Assembly: GCF_009914755.1 (NCBI RefSeq)
Contig: NC_060936.1
Length of the DNA: 64,000 nt
Direction: 5' to 3' (one strand)
Source of the DNA: the human T2T-CHM13v2.0 reference genome, Homo sapiens
The translations under genes were made by a program, and so were the position numbers. Below are positions 43,446 through 56,562 of this stretch, one piece after another. Every line of letters begins with the position of its first letter. Within the stretch, counting starts at the first letter, position 1. The notes beneath the pieces were generated by a model. The model was not told the DNA's origin. It saw only the letters and a list, made by a program, of their open reading frames with translations, and searched no databases.

Positions 43446-44656
43446 TGGGGTAGCAGTCTAGTGGTTTAAAACTCAGGATTAGAAGGCAGAAAGAGTTAGC
43501 TTACTTATCCTATCTAAGCTTCATTTTTACTCATCTTTAAGATGGGGTAATATGATATTTTCCTTACAGCTTTGTACTGACAGTTGAATGAGTGAACACA
43601 GCTGGAAAGCTGATCACAGGGACTAGCAGCTTGGCTGAGTCGCCTGACTCCTAGGATAGTGTACTTCTGTGTGGCTTCTGCAATTATTTGCGATCCTTTC
43701 CTTTCTGACCTGATGGTCATCTGCTTGCTTCTCTCCATTCCTTGGCTTTATTTCTTGTGTTTTTAGAGCTATGGAGCCAAAACTGTGACAGGACTGTCCA
43801 CTTTTGCACAGTGAAAGCCCACGTTTATTTTCTAAAGATTCTGATCATAATTTTGTGCTCAGAGTTACTTTCTCCAGCTTCCAACACCCTGAGATAGCCT
43901 TGCATGTTTTTGCATGACTAATTTCATGTCTGGTGGTGATACATTGGAAATTTTCTTGCATGACCCTCTGCTCTCATTCTTGGATTAGAGTAGAGAAGGT
44001 GCTTGTGCTGCATGTTCTTTTCACCCTGAAACACTCTCCACTGTCCTCCTTTGTACTGTTGCTGGTTTAGTTGTCTTTCTCACTCCAGTATGTGCTGCTG
44101 CAGGACAGGGCTAATGTAAATTCTACTCACCATGATATTCTTGAAGACTACTAAAGTGTCTATCACATAGGTGCCAGGCATTCAAAAATTGAAAAATATG
44201 GAAAGAAGTTGTAGGATGCTAAGAATAATGATTGCATCGTTTTCTAGGAATCTTAGCTGAAGAAAATATGAATGGAATATCTTGCTGGTTGCCTTCAGAC
44301 TCACAGAAAAGTCCCTATTATTATGAAAATGTTTGACTGATATGCTTCACAGAGACTAGCAAACTGGTGTGCATGAGACATACAGAATGACACAGACTTC
44401 AATTTATTTTTTTTTTCTGTTACAAAATTGCTGGTTCTAGTCTGAGTCACTAAGTCTCCAGTCTTTACCTTTCTTTGAGCATTTCTAAGAGCATTTCTAA
44501 GCAGTAGACAGAAAGTTCTGCTATGCTGAAAGTACTAGGTTTCACACTTGGTCCAATAGCTAGGGAGGCCTTGATGAGATAAAGGGTTGTTACTCTTAGT
44601 TTTCTATACTGAATAAAGTCTAAGTGCTATGGAGTTAAGTCATGCAACTTTTAAAA

Positions 44657-45517
44657 TAATTTTTTAAAATTGTAAATTGCCAATGTATAATTGTATAAAT
44701 TTATGAAATAAAAGTGGTTATGATTTATGGATACAATGTAAAATATAATTAATCAAATGAATTAACATATTCATCACCTCAAATACTTAATACTTTTAGT
44801 GGGGAGAACATTTGAAATTTATTCTCTTAGCAATTTTTAAGTGTGTAATACTCTATTATTAGCATAGAACTGAAAAAAAAATCTATTATCTTTCCTGCCT
44901 GAGATTTTGTGCCCTTTGACCCCCATCCTTGGCCTCTGTAACCCCCATTGTATTTTCTGCTTGTGATGTGGATTGTTTTAGATTCCACATATAAGTGAGA
45001 ACATGTCTCTTTGTCTTTCTGTGCCTGGCTTATTTCACTTAGGATAATGTTCTCCAGTTCCATCCATGTTGCTGTGAATGACAGAATTTTCCTTTTTTAA
45101 GGTTGAATAGTACACATTTTCTTGATCCATTCCTTCATTGATAAACACTTAGGTTGATTCCATAGTTTGGCCATTGTGATTAGTGCTGCAATGAACATGA
45201 GAATGCAGATGTCTCTTCAACAAACTGATTTGAAATCTTTTGAATAAATACCCAGAAGCGGAATTGCTGGATCACATGATAATTCCATTTTCAGTTTCTT
45301 GAGGAATGCCCATTCAGTTTTCCATAATAGCTGTGCTAATTTACATTCCCACCAACAGTGTACAACAATTCCCTTTTCTGCACATCTTTGCCAACATTTG
45401 TTATCTTTCATCAACTGATATATAAAAAGATGTTCAACATTGCTAATCATTAGTGAAATGCAAATTAAAACCACAAAGAGATATAATTTCACACCTGTCA
45501 GAATAGTGTTTATCAAG
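44657..45517 (-). mobile_element. L1MA-type 3' fragment with a 5' inversion (45411-45517 on + strand)
   Basis: Antisense L1 3'UTR/ORF2 end to ~45410, then sense-oriented adjacent L1 sequence; TSD aagtca(t/c)gcaacttttaaaa at 44637-44656 and 45518-45537. Confidence 0.88.
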
Positions 45518-46374
45518 AAGTCACGCAACTTTTAAAAGGCTTTTGGAGTTAATCTTTTGTTTCTGGAGAAATAAATACTTTTGTCGTTTACCAGTCTCAA
45601 ATTTTAATTTATACCTGGCAAATGAACAAATGACGTTTTGTTTAACTCTATTAAAACCTTGAGAAGGAAATTGCAATATGATGAATTTTAAAATAAAATA
45701 GACCCAGGAGAAAAATTCCAAAGGAGTAAAAATCTTTCAATTAATGACAAGGGAAATTATTTCAGCAATAATCCCATTGGGATTAAAAGAAGAGTTGTTA
45801 GATGTTAGGATGTTGTCATCTTAGCATGCCTTGTAGTATTAAATTCTTTGTGGTATATAATCTCATTAAAGTAGAGCTGGAAACCTCTACCTGTTTACCT
45901 TTTCTGTTTTCAAATGTACTTGTGCTTATTTATCAGTTTAATAGTACTATTTAGGCTAGTGAGGGTGAACTAAGAATAAATTTATTTTCCAATGCTTGGT
46001 GTGTAATAAAAATTTGCTTTTGCCCTAGTGAAAAATTGGAGTGAAGAATGTGCTTAGCTTTGTCTGCAAACCTTTTTCCTATGAAAATATTTATCCAATA
46101 GAAGCTAGAGGACAGGTGGAGCTTTGAGTTCTATTCGTGCTCTGCCGGGATTTCATTAGATTTAGACTTAACTTTCATTTCCCTTGACTGATTTTAAGAT
46201 GTATAAAATTGCTCTGAAGACATTCAATGACAGCCAGCCTCCTTAAAAGATGTGTTTAAAAGTGGAAGACTTACACAGTTGCAGGACATAAGAAAACAGA
46301 AAAAAAAAAGGGAAGACCATGATACTCAACAACTTAGTGAACCCAAGAAGCATTTTATGGTATGTACTCCTTGA

Positions 46375-46720
46375 GAGAGGTTAGGTTATGCTGCAAACAT
46401 ACAACCCTCAGATATTGTTCACTTAAAACTGAAATGGTTTCTTGCTTTCCACAGATAGTTCACTGTGCTCTCTGTCCTTACATCATTGTTTTCCGTCCTT
46501 GCTGATTCAGCCATGATCCAGAATGCTGCTGCTTAGTATGGGAGAGGCAAAAGCGCATGTGGCAAGGCGCACCATGATCTCTTCAAGCTTCTGCTTGAAA
46601 ATGACACTTAACATCCATTTCTTAGCCCAAAAAAATAATACGGTCACACGTGAATTCATCAGGATGAGGCAGTACCATCCTAAAGTAATGGAAAACGTAT
46701 GAAAATTAATATTTGTGAAC
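46375..46720 (-). mobile_element. Old MLT1 LTR
   Basis: ttaggttatgctgcaaacatacaaccctca...cttaaaac...aagcttctgcttgaaaatgacac...ggtcacac. Confidence 0.55.
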
Positions 46721-47024
46721 AGGCTGAGACCTCAGGTACCCATAAAAGTCTTATTCATTATCAATTCCAAATCAATTCTCAAACGTAATTATTAGCCCTT
46801 ACTCTGTGCTCACCTAGAGGGCCTTGATTTATAAAAAGTGTATATAAGGCTTAGTTGTTCAACCAACATGTCTGCCTGAGACCTGTACAGGAGATGGTAC
46901 TTTGCTGGACCCTGACTCTAAGGCAATGGTACCCCTATCTATGGTGCATCTGCAGACAGACTAGCGCTGCCGACAAGAGGACCCAGGCAAGAATGAGCTA
47001 GTAGAATTTGTGGATGGATATCTT

Positions 47025-47680
47025 TTGTTTTTAAATTTTACTTTAAGTTCTGGGATACACGTGCAGAACGTACAGGTTTGTTACATGGGCATATGTGTGC
47101 CATGGTGGTTTGCTGCACTTATCAACCCGTCATCTAGGTTTTAAGCCCCACATGCATTAGGTATTTGTACTAATGCTCCCCCTCCCCTTGCCCCTCAACC
47201 CCTGACAGGCCCCGGTGTGTGATGTTCCCATCTCTGTGTCCATGTATTCTCACTGGTCAGCTCCCACTTATGAGTGAGAACATGTGGTGTATGATTTTCT
47301 GTTCCTGTGTTAGTTCGCTGAGAACGATGGTTTCCAGCTTAATCCATGTCCCTGCAAAGGACATGAACCCATTCTTTTTTACAGCTGCATAGTATTCTAT
47401 GGTGTGTATGTGCCACATTTTCTTTATCCAGTCTATCATTGATGGGCATTTGGGTTGGTTCCAAGTCTTTGGTATTGTAAATAGTGCTCTGATAAATATA
47501 TGTGTGCATGTGTCTTTATGGTAGAATGATTTATAATCCTTTGGGTATATACCCAGTAATGGGATTGCTGGGTCAAAGGGTATTTCTAGTTCTAGATCCT
47601 TAAGGAATTGCCGCAGTGTCTTTCACAATGGTGGAACTAATTTACACTCCCACCAACAGCGTAAAAGTGTTCCTATTTCT
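47025..47680 (-). mobile_element. L1PA (about PA7-8) 3' fragment
   Basis: Clear L1PA 3'UTR and ORF2 end; perfect 16-bp TSD tgtggatggatatctt (47009-47024, 47681-47696). Confidence 0.95.
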
Positions 47681-47791
47681 TGTGGATGGATATCTTAAGC
47701 CAGCCTTAGCAGTGATGTGGGGATTATAGAAGAGGTGAATTTCAATAGGTGGAAGACAATTGGACATTTTCTAAGTAAAAACTCAAGGTAA

Positions 47792-48131
<340 letters not shown>

Positions 48132-48265
48132 TCTTTTCTCTTCTCTTTTCCTCTCTTTCTTTTTGTTTTCTTTTTTTTTCTTTTCCCTTCCTTCCTTCCT
48201 TCCTTCCTTCCTTCCTTCCTTCCTTTCTTTCTCTTCCTTCCTTCCTTCCCTTTCTTTCTTTCTTT

Positions 48266-48328
<63 letters not shown>

Positions 48329-48431
48329 CTTCCTTCCTTTTAATTTCTTTCTTTCTCTTTCTTCCTCTCTCTCTCTCTCCCTCTCTCTCTCTCTCTCCCC
48401 CCCCCAACCCTTCCCTTTCTTTCCTTTCTTT

Positions 48432-48432
<1 letters not shown>
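48132..48432. repeat. Compound (TTCC)n-(TTTC)n-(TC)n pyrimidine tract (expanded AluJ tail)
   Basis: Direct. Confidence 0.92.
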
Positions 48433-48746
<314 letters not shown>

Positions 48747-49320
48747 TAATTATGAAAATCAAAAAAATCTCTTAGGGTCACAAAAAGAAAAGTCAGATTT
48801 ATTGAAATACTGTGTTAAGTTAGAGTTTACTATTTCTCTTAAAAATTTACATTTCTCCTCCCCATTCACCTCTTCTCATGCCATTGTACATCCTTCCTTG
48901 CACTTTCCAGGAAGCATTTAAAGTTTTTCAGCAGTCTGCAACCAGTAATCCTGTTTCTATTTATAGGATTTTAAATCCTGGCTTCAAAGGTACTCAGGCA
49001 GTAGACTGAGAAGATTGTGGGAGTGTGGAGGATTAGCCTTAGGCAGCTGTATGACAAAGCAGTCTATTCACTCCAGATAAGAGTGAAGGAGGTTGAGACT
49101 TATAATTCATTTCACTTACATCTGTCTTCTAGACCCCTCCTTAAACAAAAGGGGGAGAAAATTGTTCATTCCCGCTTTCTGCGTTTTAACAATCTCTTTT
49201 ATTTCTGCTCTTGGGAGGTGGAGAAAGCCACTACTGAATGCTGTTATCCTGAAGTGAGGCTGAATTTTGCCCACTCCAAGCAACTGCACTGCTAGGACTT
49301 TATGTTGCATCATAACCCAG

Positions 49321-49442
49321 CCACACCCAGTGATGCATCGGTGATTGCACCCACACCCAGTGGGTGGGAGAATGACTTCCACATCCTTTAGCACCTTGGG
49401 AAAAGTCCTCAATTTCTTTAAACCACAGAGTGGAATGACTCA
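49321..49442. promoter_or_regulatory. Candidate enhancer (KLF, kB-like, RUNX, TEAD, AP-1 motif cluster)
   Basis: CCACACCC x2, GGGTGGG, GGGAAAAGTCC, AAACCACA, GGAATG overlapping TGACTCA within 122 bp of unique sequence. Confidence 0.45.
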
Positions 49443-49901
49443 CAGGAGACATTTCCATATCAGCAGCCTTCCAAGACCTAACCATAGCTCTCTGACTTTC
49501 TGCATTTGGTGTCAAAATGCAAGTCCCTGTGCTTTGATTGATTGAAATGCAAACCCTAGCTTGGGTGCTGGATTAGCTGTATATCTGATTTAAATTCGCA
49601 CTAATCCTCTCCTGGGATTTCTTCTTTTCCTGGGCACTAATTTGGTAAGGATGACAAGTGGGCTTAATTATTTCCTGTCTAAGGAGACTCTAGGATATGT
49701 ACCTGTATTAAGTAAAAGAGAATGGCTTTGTATTTAACCTCTTTAAAGGAGCAAATGAATGCGTAATGTCAACATTTTTGACACCAAAATTTCATCTGAG
49801 GAATAGAATAGAATATAACACATTTTCATGGCTTCACGTAGTGATGGCATAAATTAAGCTGACTAGTAACCTAAGTCTAAAATGAAGGTAATTATGAAAA
49901 T

Positions 49902-50035
49902 GGCCTGTGCTCTCAGTTACTCAGGAGGCATAGGTGGGAGGACTGCCTGAGCCCAGGAAGTCAAGGCTGCAGTGAGCTGGGAAGGCACCAGCACACTCTA
50001 GCCTGGGCAACAGCGTGAGACCCTGTTTCAAAAAT
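49902..50035 (+). mobile_element. Alu right monomer (FRAM/AluJ fragment)
   Basis: gcctgtgctctcagttactcaggaggc...gaggactgcctgagcccaggaagtcaaggctgcagtgagc...gagaccctgtttcaaaa. Confidence 0.85.
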
Positions 50036-51234
50036 ATATATATTATAATTTATACATTATATAATAATATATATAATATATAAAAATATATAATTATTAT
50101 ATAATAATATATGTAATATATAAAAATATATAATTATTATATAATATATATTACAATTATATATAATAAACAGTTTAGCCGTTTGTCTTTAAATATATAT
50201 TATATATAAAATATATATTATATGTTATATATGTTGTATATAATATATAAAATATACATTATATATTATATATGTTGTATATAATATATAAAAACTATAT
50301 AAATATATAATATATAGTATATATTATATATAAAATATTAAACTGTTTAGCCATTTGTCTTTATATATAAATATATTATATATAACACATATTATATTAT
50401 ATATCATATATGTTATATATGATATATATCATATATATGATATATGATAGATGATAGATTATATATTATATATGATATATAATAAATATTATATATCATA
50501 TATAATATATATAATATTAATATATAATATAAATATATAATATTAATATATAATATAAATATATATTTATAATATATATTTATATTATATACAATTATAT
50601 AAATATATAATTGTATATAATTATTTATATAATATGTAATATAATCTTATATATATAATTATATATTATATATGCATGTTATATATAATATATAATATAT
50701 ATAATATGTATATATAATATATATTTATATTATATATGATATAAATATAAATTTTATATATAATATGTATATAATATATGTATATAATATTTAATACATA
50801 TAATATTAAACAGTTTAGCCATTTGTCTTTTTATATATATAATTTATATATTTATGTAAATTATATATATAATTTACATATTTATATAAATTATATATAA
50901 TTTACATATTTATATTAATTATATATATAATTTACATATTTATATAAATTATATATATACTTCATATATATAAATTATATATATATAATTCATATATATA
51001 AATTATATATATATAATTCATATATATAAATTAGATATATATAATTCATATATATAAATTAGATATATATAATTCATATATTTATATAAATTAGATATAT
51101 ATAATTCATATATTTATATAAATTATATATATCTAATTCATATATATATATTAATATTAATATATATTATATATTTAATATATATATATATTAAATATAT
51201 ATAATTATATATATATTTAATATACATAAATATA
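50032..51234. repeat. 1.2-kb AT-rich (TA)n-derived complex minisatellite
   Basis: Nearly all A/T; 26-30-bp subrepeats at ~50830-51140; three 23-bp non-AT islands. Confidence 0.95.
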
Positions 51235-52147
51235 GGCTTAGGTTGGTGAATTAAGAAATGAAAGTTATATGACCTATTTACAAGCCAAGTTTGTGAAGAC
51301 ATTCATAAATGTTCCATCTGTAATTCTAATTTTGAATCAAGAGGCAAAAGCCATTTCCTCGAAAAGATTATTTATGTGTGCAGGGCTGAATGAAGCTAGC
51401 AATTTTTTGCTTAGTGTCCTTCTTCTGTTTTTTGTTTTCCATTACAAATGAATGTTTAGAGACACTCTGTTTTCCTTCTTAAATTTCTCTGTGAGTTAGT
51501 CAAAGAAGAGTGTGTTAGAAGAGCTCCCTTCACTAGCAATCAACATCAATTGTGACTCCAAATAGTACTTTAAATCCTACTTGTTCTACCTGCCACTCAA
51601 CCAAAGATTGTTTCTAGAGGTCACATGCCTCCACTTAATTACTTCCGTTCCTATTCATGCTACAGAATAGGAACTTACTGATCTGTCTGGTGGGCATTTT
51701 AGTTTGTATAAATTGAGATTCGAGAGTTCATTTGGATAAAATAAGATGCTGGCTAAAGTTCAAAGCAAACATTTGCTGATGCTTAAAACCACCTTGAGAC
51801 CAAAAAAGTTTACACTCCCTGGTTTCTCTAGGGAGTAGGGTTTGAGAAAACCACAGACAGTAGTTATTCTTGGAAATCCTGCTACCAGGCAAATGCCATA
51901 GGGCAAGGGCCCAGAGAAGCTGAGCTTCTCTCCCATGGCTAAAGGCAGAGCTTATCCTGACTGGAATTGCTTGGTCAGGGTTTAGAATCCTTCCTGCTGA
52001 TGGAGAGAGAGGAGGAAGCTGAGCAAAAAGAAAGATGACTAGACTGGCTCTTGGAATTATATCCTAGAATAGCTGCCCAGTTTAGGTCTTCTCCTGATAC
52101 TACTGACTTCCTGGAAGCCCTCTTTACACATAGTCTCTGGTTATTCC

Positions 52148-52451
52148 TTTTTTTTTTTTTTGAGATGAAGTCTCACCCTCTCACCCAGGCTGGAGTGCAG
52201 TGACATGATCTCGGCTCACTGCAACCTCCAGAAAACTCCGTCTTCTGGGTTCAAGCAATTATCTTGCCTCAGCCTCCCATGTAACTGGGATTACAGATGT
52301 GCACTACTGTGCCCAGCTAATTTTTGTATTTTTAGGAGAGACAGGGTTTCATCATGTTGGCCAGGCTTGTCTTGAACTCCTGACCTCAAGTGATCCACCT
52401 GCCTCGGTCTCTCAGTGTTGGGATTACAGGCGTGAGCCACTACACCTGGCT
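52148..52451 (-). mobile_element. AluSx-like
   Basis: Antisense full Alu with a small internal insertion (cctccagaaaactccg); TSD tggttattc. Confidence 0.9.
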
Positions 52452-54019
52452 GATCCATGGTTATTCTTCTTGTGTACCCCTTTCTACCAGGATATATAAA
52501 GACAGTTGAAGAATGTATCTGCCCCGAAGTTTCTACTTAAAATAGGCTTTGGTGGTTTGGGATTAAAGACAATTTGTATCTCAGTTCACTTAGGATCTGG
52601 GATAAAAATTGAAGTGTTATAACTACCTGATAATATTGAGAATATTAAAGAAGTATAGTGTGATTCTTAATAAGTACCTTGACACCTTTCCTTCAGAGCT
52701 CAGGGTGATTCAGTGGCCATTTTTCTTTGTGTTTTCTTTCCTGTCTCAGTCTGATATTACAGAGCAAGTTTATGTTCTGATTAGGAAAAACTGCAGTTCA
52801 CTAAGATGCTATATTTGCTATTCAGTGAGTCATACTAAAAAGCCTCATGTTCTTAAATGACATAAGGAAATGGAATCAGGAGAAAAATCATGATCACAAA
52901 ATGCACCATTCCAAAAATCTAGAGTGGGACAGAAAGATCAAGCATCTAAATGCAAACCTCCTTTGAACCGGAACTGCTATAACCAGGGCAGCAGATTGCT
53001 TGAGAATGGACATTGATTTTCCCAGGCAGAGGGTAAAGTTGTAAACAGTGGATTGTCTACTATTGAAAAACTCTTTCAACATGTTCGGTGCAGATCAGCT
53101 ATCCTTTAATATTCAATGTACAGCACCATATCCACACACACTATAAATGTACATGAGCGTCAGTCATTTATCTCTGAATTTTCATGTTCCAACTCCAATA
53201 CCTAATGTTTTAGAGATGCTTGGATGATTACATCATAAGGTCCTCACTCAATATATATTTTCACCTTTTTTTTCTTTTAATATACTTGATTTGTTTGGAA
53301 TCTCCTTTCGGTTTTTTTTTTTTTTTCCAATGTGGGCAAGTTTTTCAATAGGCTTTGGAATGGGGCTGCAGTGAATGGGAAATGGTTAAACTGTGGTTAC
53401 ATGCTAAGTGACTGGCTTAGGGAATGAAAAAGAGAAAAGGGAGTCACCGATGGAGCCATCAGTCAGCCAACAAAGGTAGGAGCATAGCAGTGGGGAATAA
53501 AAACAGATCCAGAGAAACAGAAAAAATAATAAGTTAAAAGCCAATCTGAGTGGCACCTAATAAGAAAAGGAGGCTCATCTATGCATCTCAAGGCAACAAT
53601 CCAAATAGGGAAGAGCCCAGAAATAGTTGATTGGATTTATTTTAAATAGTAAGGAAATAAGGAAATAGTAATAATAGAATAGGCAAATGTGGGCAAAATA
53701 ATGAGATAATATACATATTGGTGTGCTGCTGGTGGATATTGTTGAATATTTAATACTATGTGAGCTTTTTGGGGCATGATAGTAAAGGCATGCGGTTATT
53801 GCAGCCAATTGGAAGCAAAAACTATCATAAGAGAGTAATGATTGTTGTTGATAGGTTTCTTTTTAAGTAGAGATACTATGATCAGGTTTATGAAGTGAGA
53901 GAAGACATCTGTGCTGACTGTACCAGAGTCTCATGACTTTGTATGGTTTGCTGGGGGAAATGGAAAACAACAGCAACAACAAAAACCTAACTTCACTAGC
54001 TCCTTGCTCTCTATTGCAG

Positions 54020-54158
54020 GAAATCCCTGAAAAACCAGATGGCACAAGTTACTCAGAAGAAATGAAAGGATTTTCCATTATTCAAATAGGAGGTGGAAGA
54101 GGAAGTGTGGGAGTAATTACTGGATTAAGATCACTGAAAGACAAGATTGTCTTTAAGG
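54020..54158 (+). other. Candidate internal exon (139 nt), lncRNA or cryptic
   Basis: Branch point CTAAC (~53987), tract ctccttgctctctattgcag|G, donor AGG|GTGAGT; motif evidence only. Confidence 0.45.
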
Positions 54159-54387
54159 GTGAGTCCTTTGGTTGGTAAACTTCATATAGGAAAAATTCTC
54201 AAGTGGTTGCCAAGAGCTAACCTTCAAGATGAAGTACACAAACCTGCTGACAGGCAAATATGACTCTCAGGTTCATTTCAAACTGCCCATACTTATTAAA
54301 GCTCTTCATTGCTCTAGGTCAGGGAAAAGTTACATAGGGTCCCTGAATATACTTCATATTTCATTTCTAAATCTGAGTTCTGATGGG

Positions 54388-54388
<1 letters not shown>

Positions 54389-54445
<57 letters not shown>
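54389..54445. repeat. (TG)n microsatellite
   Basis: Direct. Confidence 0.95.
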
Positions 54446-54449
<4 letters not shown>

Positions 54450-55859
54450 AGAGTAGGAATTCTGAGACCTGATAGTGTTGACTCTGGAGTTTGATAGGGA
54501 TAATACAAAGAGAGAGGCATATAAGGAGGAACATAAAAAAAAATTGAAGACTAAGGACACACCCCTAGCTAGGAATACACATGACCCTTTTGCCACCCAA
54601 ACCGTACCATTGCCATTTGAATCACTACTTAACTAAATGGTAGAAAGCAATTACAGTAAGTGCTCAACTTAATCACTTTGCATCCATACAGAGACCCCTG
54701 GGGCTTCTCATAAATTTCATCACACAAAGTGTCCACAATTCTCTGCCTTGCAGAAATATGTTTCTTACAAGGATTTGTAGGTGGCTTTCCTACTAAATTT
54801 CTGGACTGTTAAACTCATTGTTCTATATTTCTGCTGTCTGCTGTTAAAAGGAGAGGCCAGCTCAGGTTTTGCATACTGTAGGAAGTTTGTTTTATCCATT
54901 TGGGAAATCAAGATCACATCTTTATGGGACTAGAAATTGTGGAGAACTCATTCCCTCCAACACCAACCCCTAGTGATCTCATTCTAGTGAGTAAAACCTC
55001 AGGTCAGTTGATTGTAAATGGATTTTTTTTTAAAAAGCTTAATTCAGGCTTTTATTGCTCTTGTGTTCAGTGGATTCATCTTGTGACTGGCTCCAGATTG
55101 TGCCCTTCTCCCATCCCACACCAAGCTGATTTGCAAATTCACACAATTGTTCCCAAGGAGAGAAAATTGATGACTCAGTATAAACCCATCACTACTCCTA
55201 GAAAATATAATTCATGAATGCATTCCTTATTCAAAAACATTTAGTAGCATTTCATAGGGAGGAGATCAGCATATTATCAGAGAAAAGATTCATGCCACAT
55301 TTTGTTTAAAAATCTGTTTCATTACTTCACAGTCACACTTCAGTAGGCCATGCTATAATAGTTTCTTCTTGGCCTTTGAAATGCTTCCTTTGCTTCTTCT
55401 GCTTTATAGAGACTCAAAATGAATTATTCAGATACCTGTGAGCATTAAGAAAAAATGGCCTAATTTCTGAATAATGCCAGTATTACCTTCTTAGTTAGAT
55501 TGTGGGAAGAATATGTGTTCCTTCCCCTCCCAGAAACACCTTTCCTAACCTTCTTTCCCCCTAATACATCCATTTAAAACTTCTCAGCCTTAGATTTTAA
55601 ACTGAGATATAATTTTATCTGAGAGGGTTTTTCATCTCTCCTTTACATACCCAAATACGGTGTAAGTTGATCTTTCATCCTATAGAATTCTGTGCTCCTC
55701 CTCACAAATCCCACTTACCAAATTGCATTGTTAATAACGTGGTTACTTATCTGCATCTTTGCTTTAAAATGTACTTGGGGAGAGTTCCCTTTTAACCTGC
55801 ATCCCCCAATCTAATGCTTAAACATAACAGGTGATCTAAGGATATCTTGGACAAATAGC

Positions 55860-56045
55860 TACCATGGAGAAATTCATGCCAGATACCATTCTAAATGTTT
55901 TACGTATTTAACTCACTTAAACTTTACAGTAACCACATAAGGTATGTACCATTAACATTCCCAATTTCAAATTGGAAAAATTAAGGCACAGTGAGCTTTC
56001 ATAATATGTTGAAAGTCTTGTAGCTAGTAAATGGTATAGCAGGGT
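55860..56045 (-). mobile_element. MIR
   Basis: tgccagataccattctaaatgttttacgtatttaactcacttaa...ggaaaaattaaggcacag...agctagtaaatggtatagc. Confidence 0.7.
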
Positions 56046-56287
56046 CAGTTCCCAACAGGAAGAAGTGAAGGGTAGGCAAAGTGTAGTAGGTACGCACTAT
56101 ATATTCAATAGATCACACTATGGATTACCCACATTATCTAATAATCAAGGTTTGGAAGTATTGGAAGGCTTGTTTTTATGAAATGCTCATTAATGCATTC
56201 TACTTCATAAACTGAATGTTGGCAGTGGAATTTTATTCCATCAGCACATTTGCATATAAAGTTCTTTAAATTTACTTTTTTTTAAAT

Positions 56288-56289
<2 letters not shown>

Positions 56290-56333
<44 letters not shown>
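56290..56333 (+). repeat. Pure A44 homopolymer
   Basis: Direct; no Alu or L1 body recognisable upstream. Confidence 0.95.
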
Positions 56334-56334
<1 letters not shown>

Positions 56335-56562
56335 CAAATCAACCAAACCATTTCCTCCCTAGTTTCGGCTGCAATCAGCAGTCATAAATCCTTAAGTGTT
56401 AAGTTATGTTATTTTTGAGAACTGATGTGACATGTCCTAGATTTCAAATGTAGATGCTGCAGAGGACCACATGAGTTTTTGAATAAAAATTGGTATAAAG
56501 GACATAAACATTAAGGAAGCAGGTAGAAAGACACAGCTATCTGAATAGAGTCAGATCTGAAC

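Noticed and set aside
50168-50830. CRISPR-like repeat-spacer appearance
   Set aside because: Primate DNA, only three copies, unequal low-complexity spacers, no cas genes; explained by minisatellite turnover
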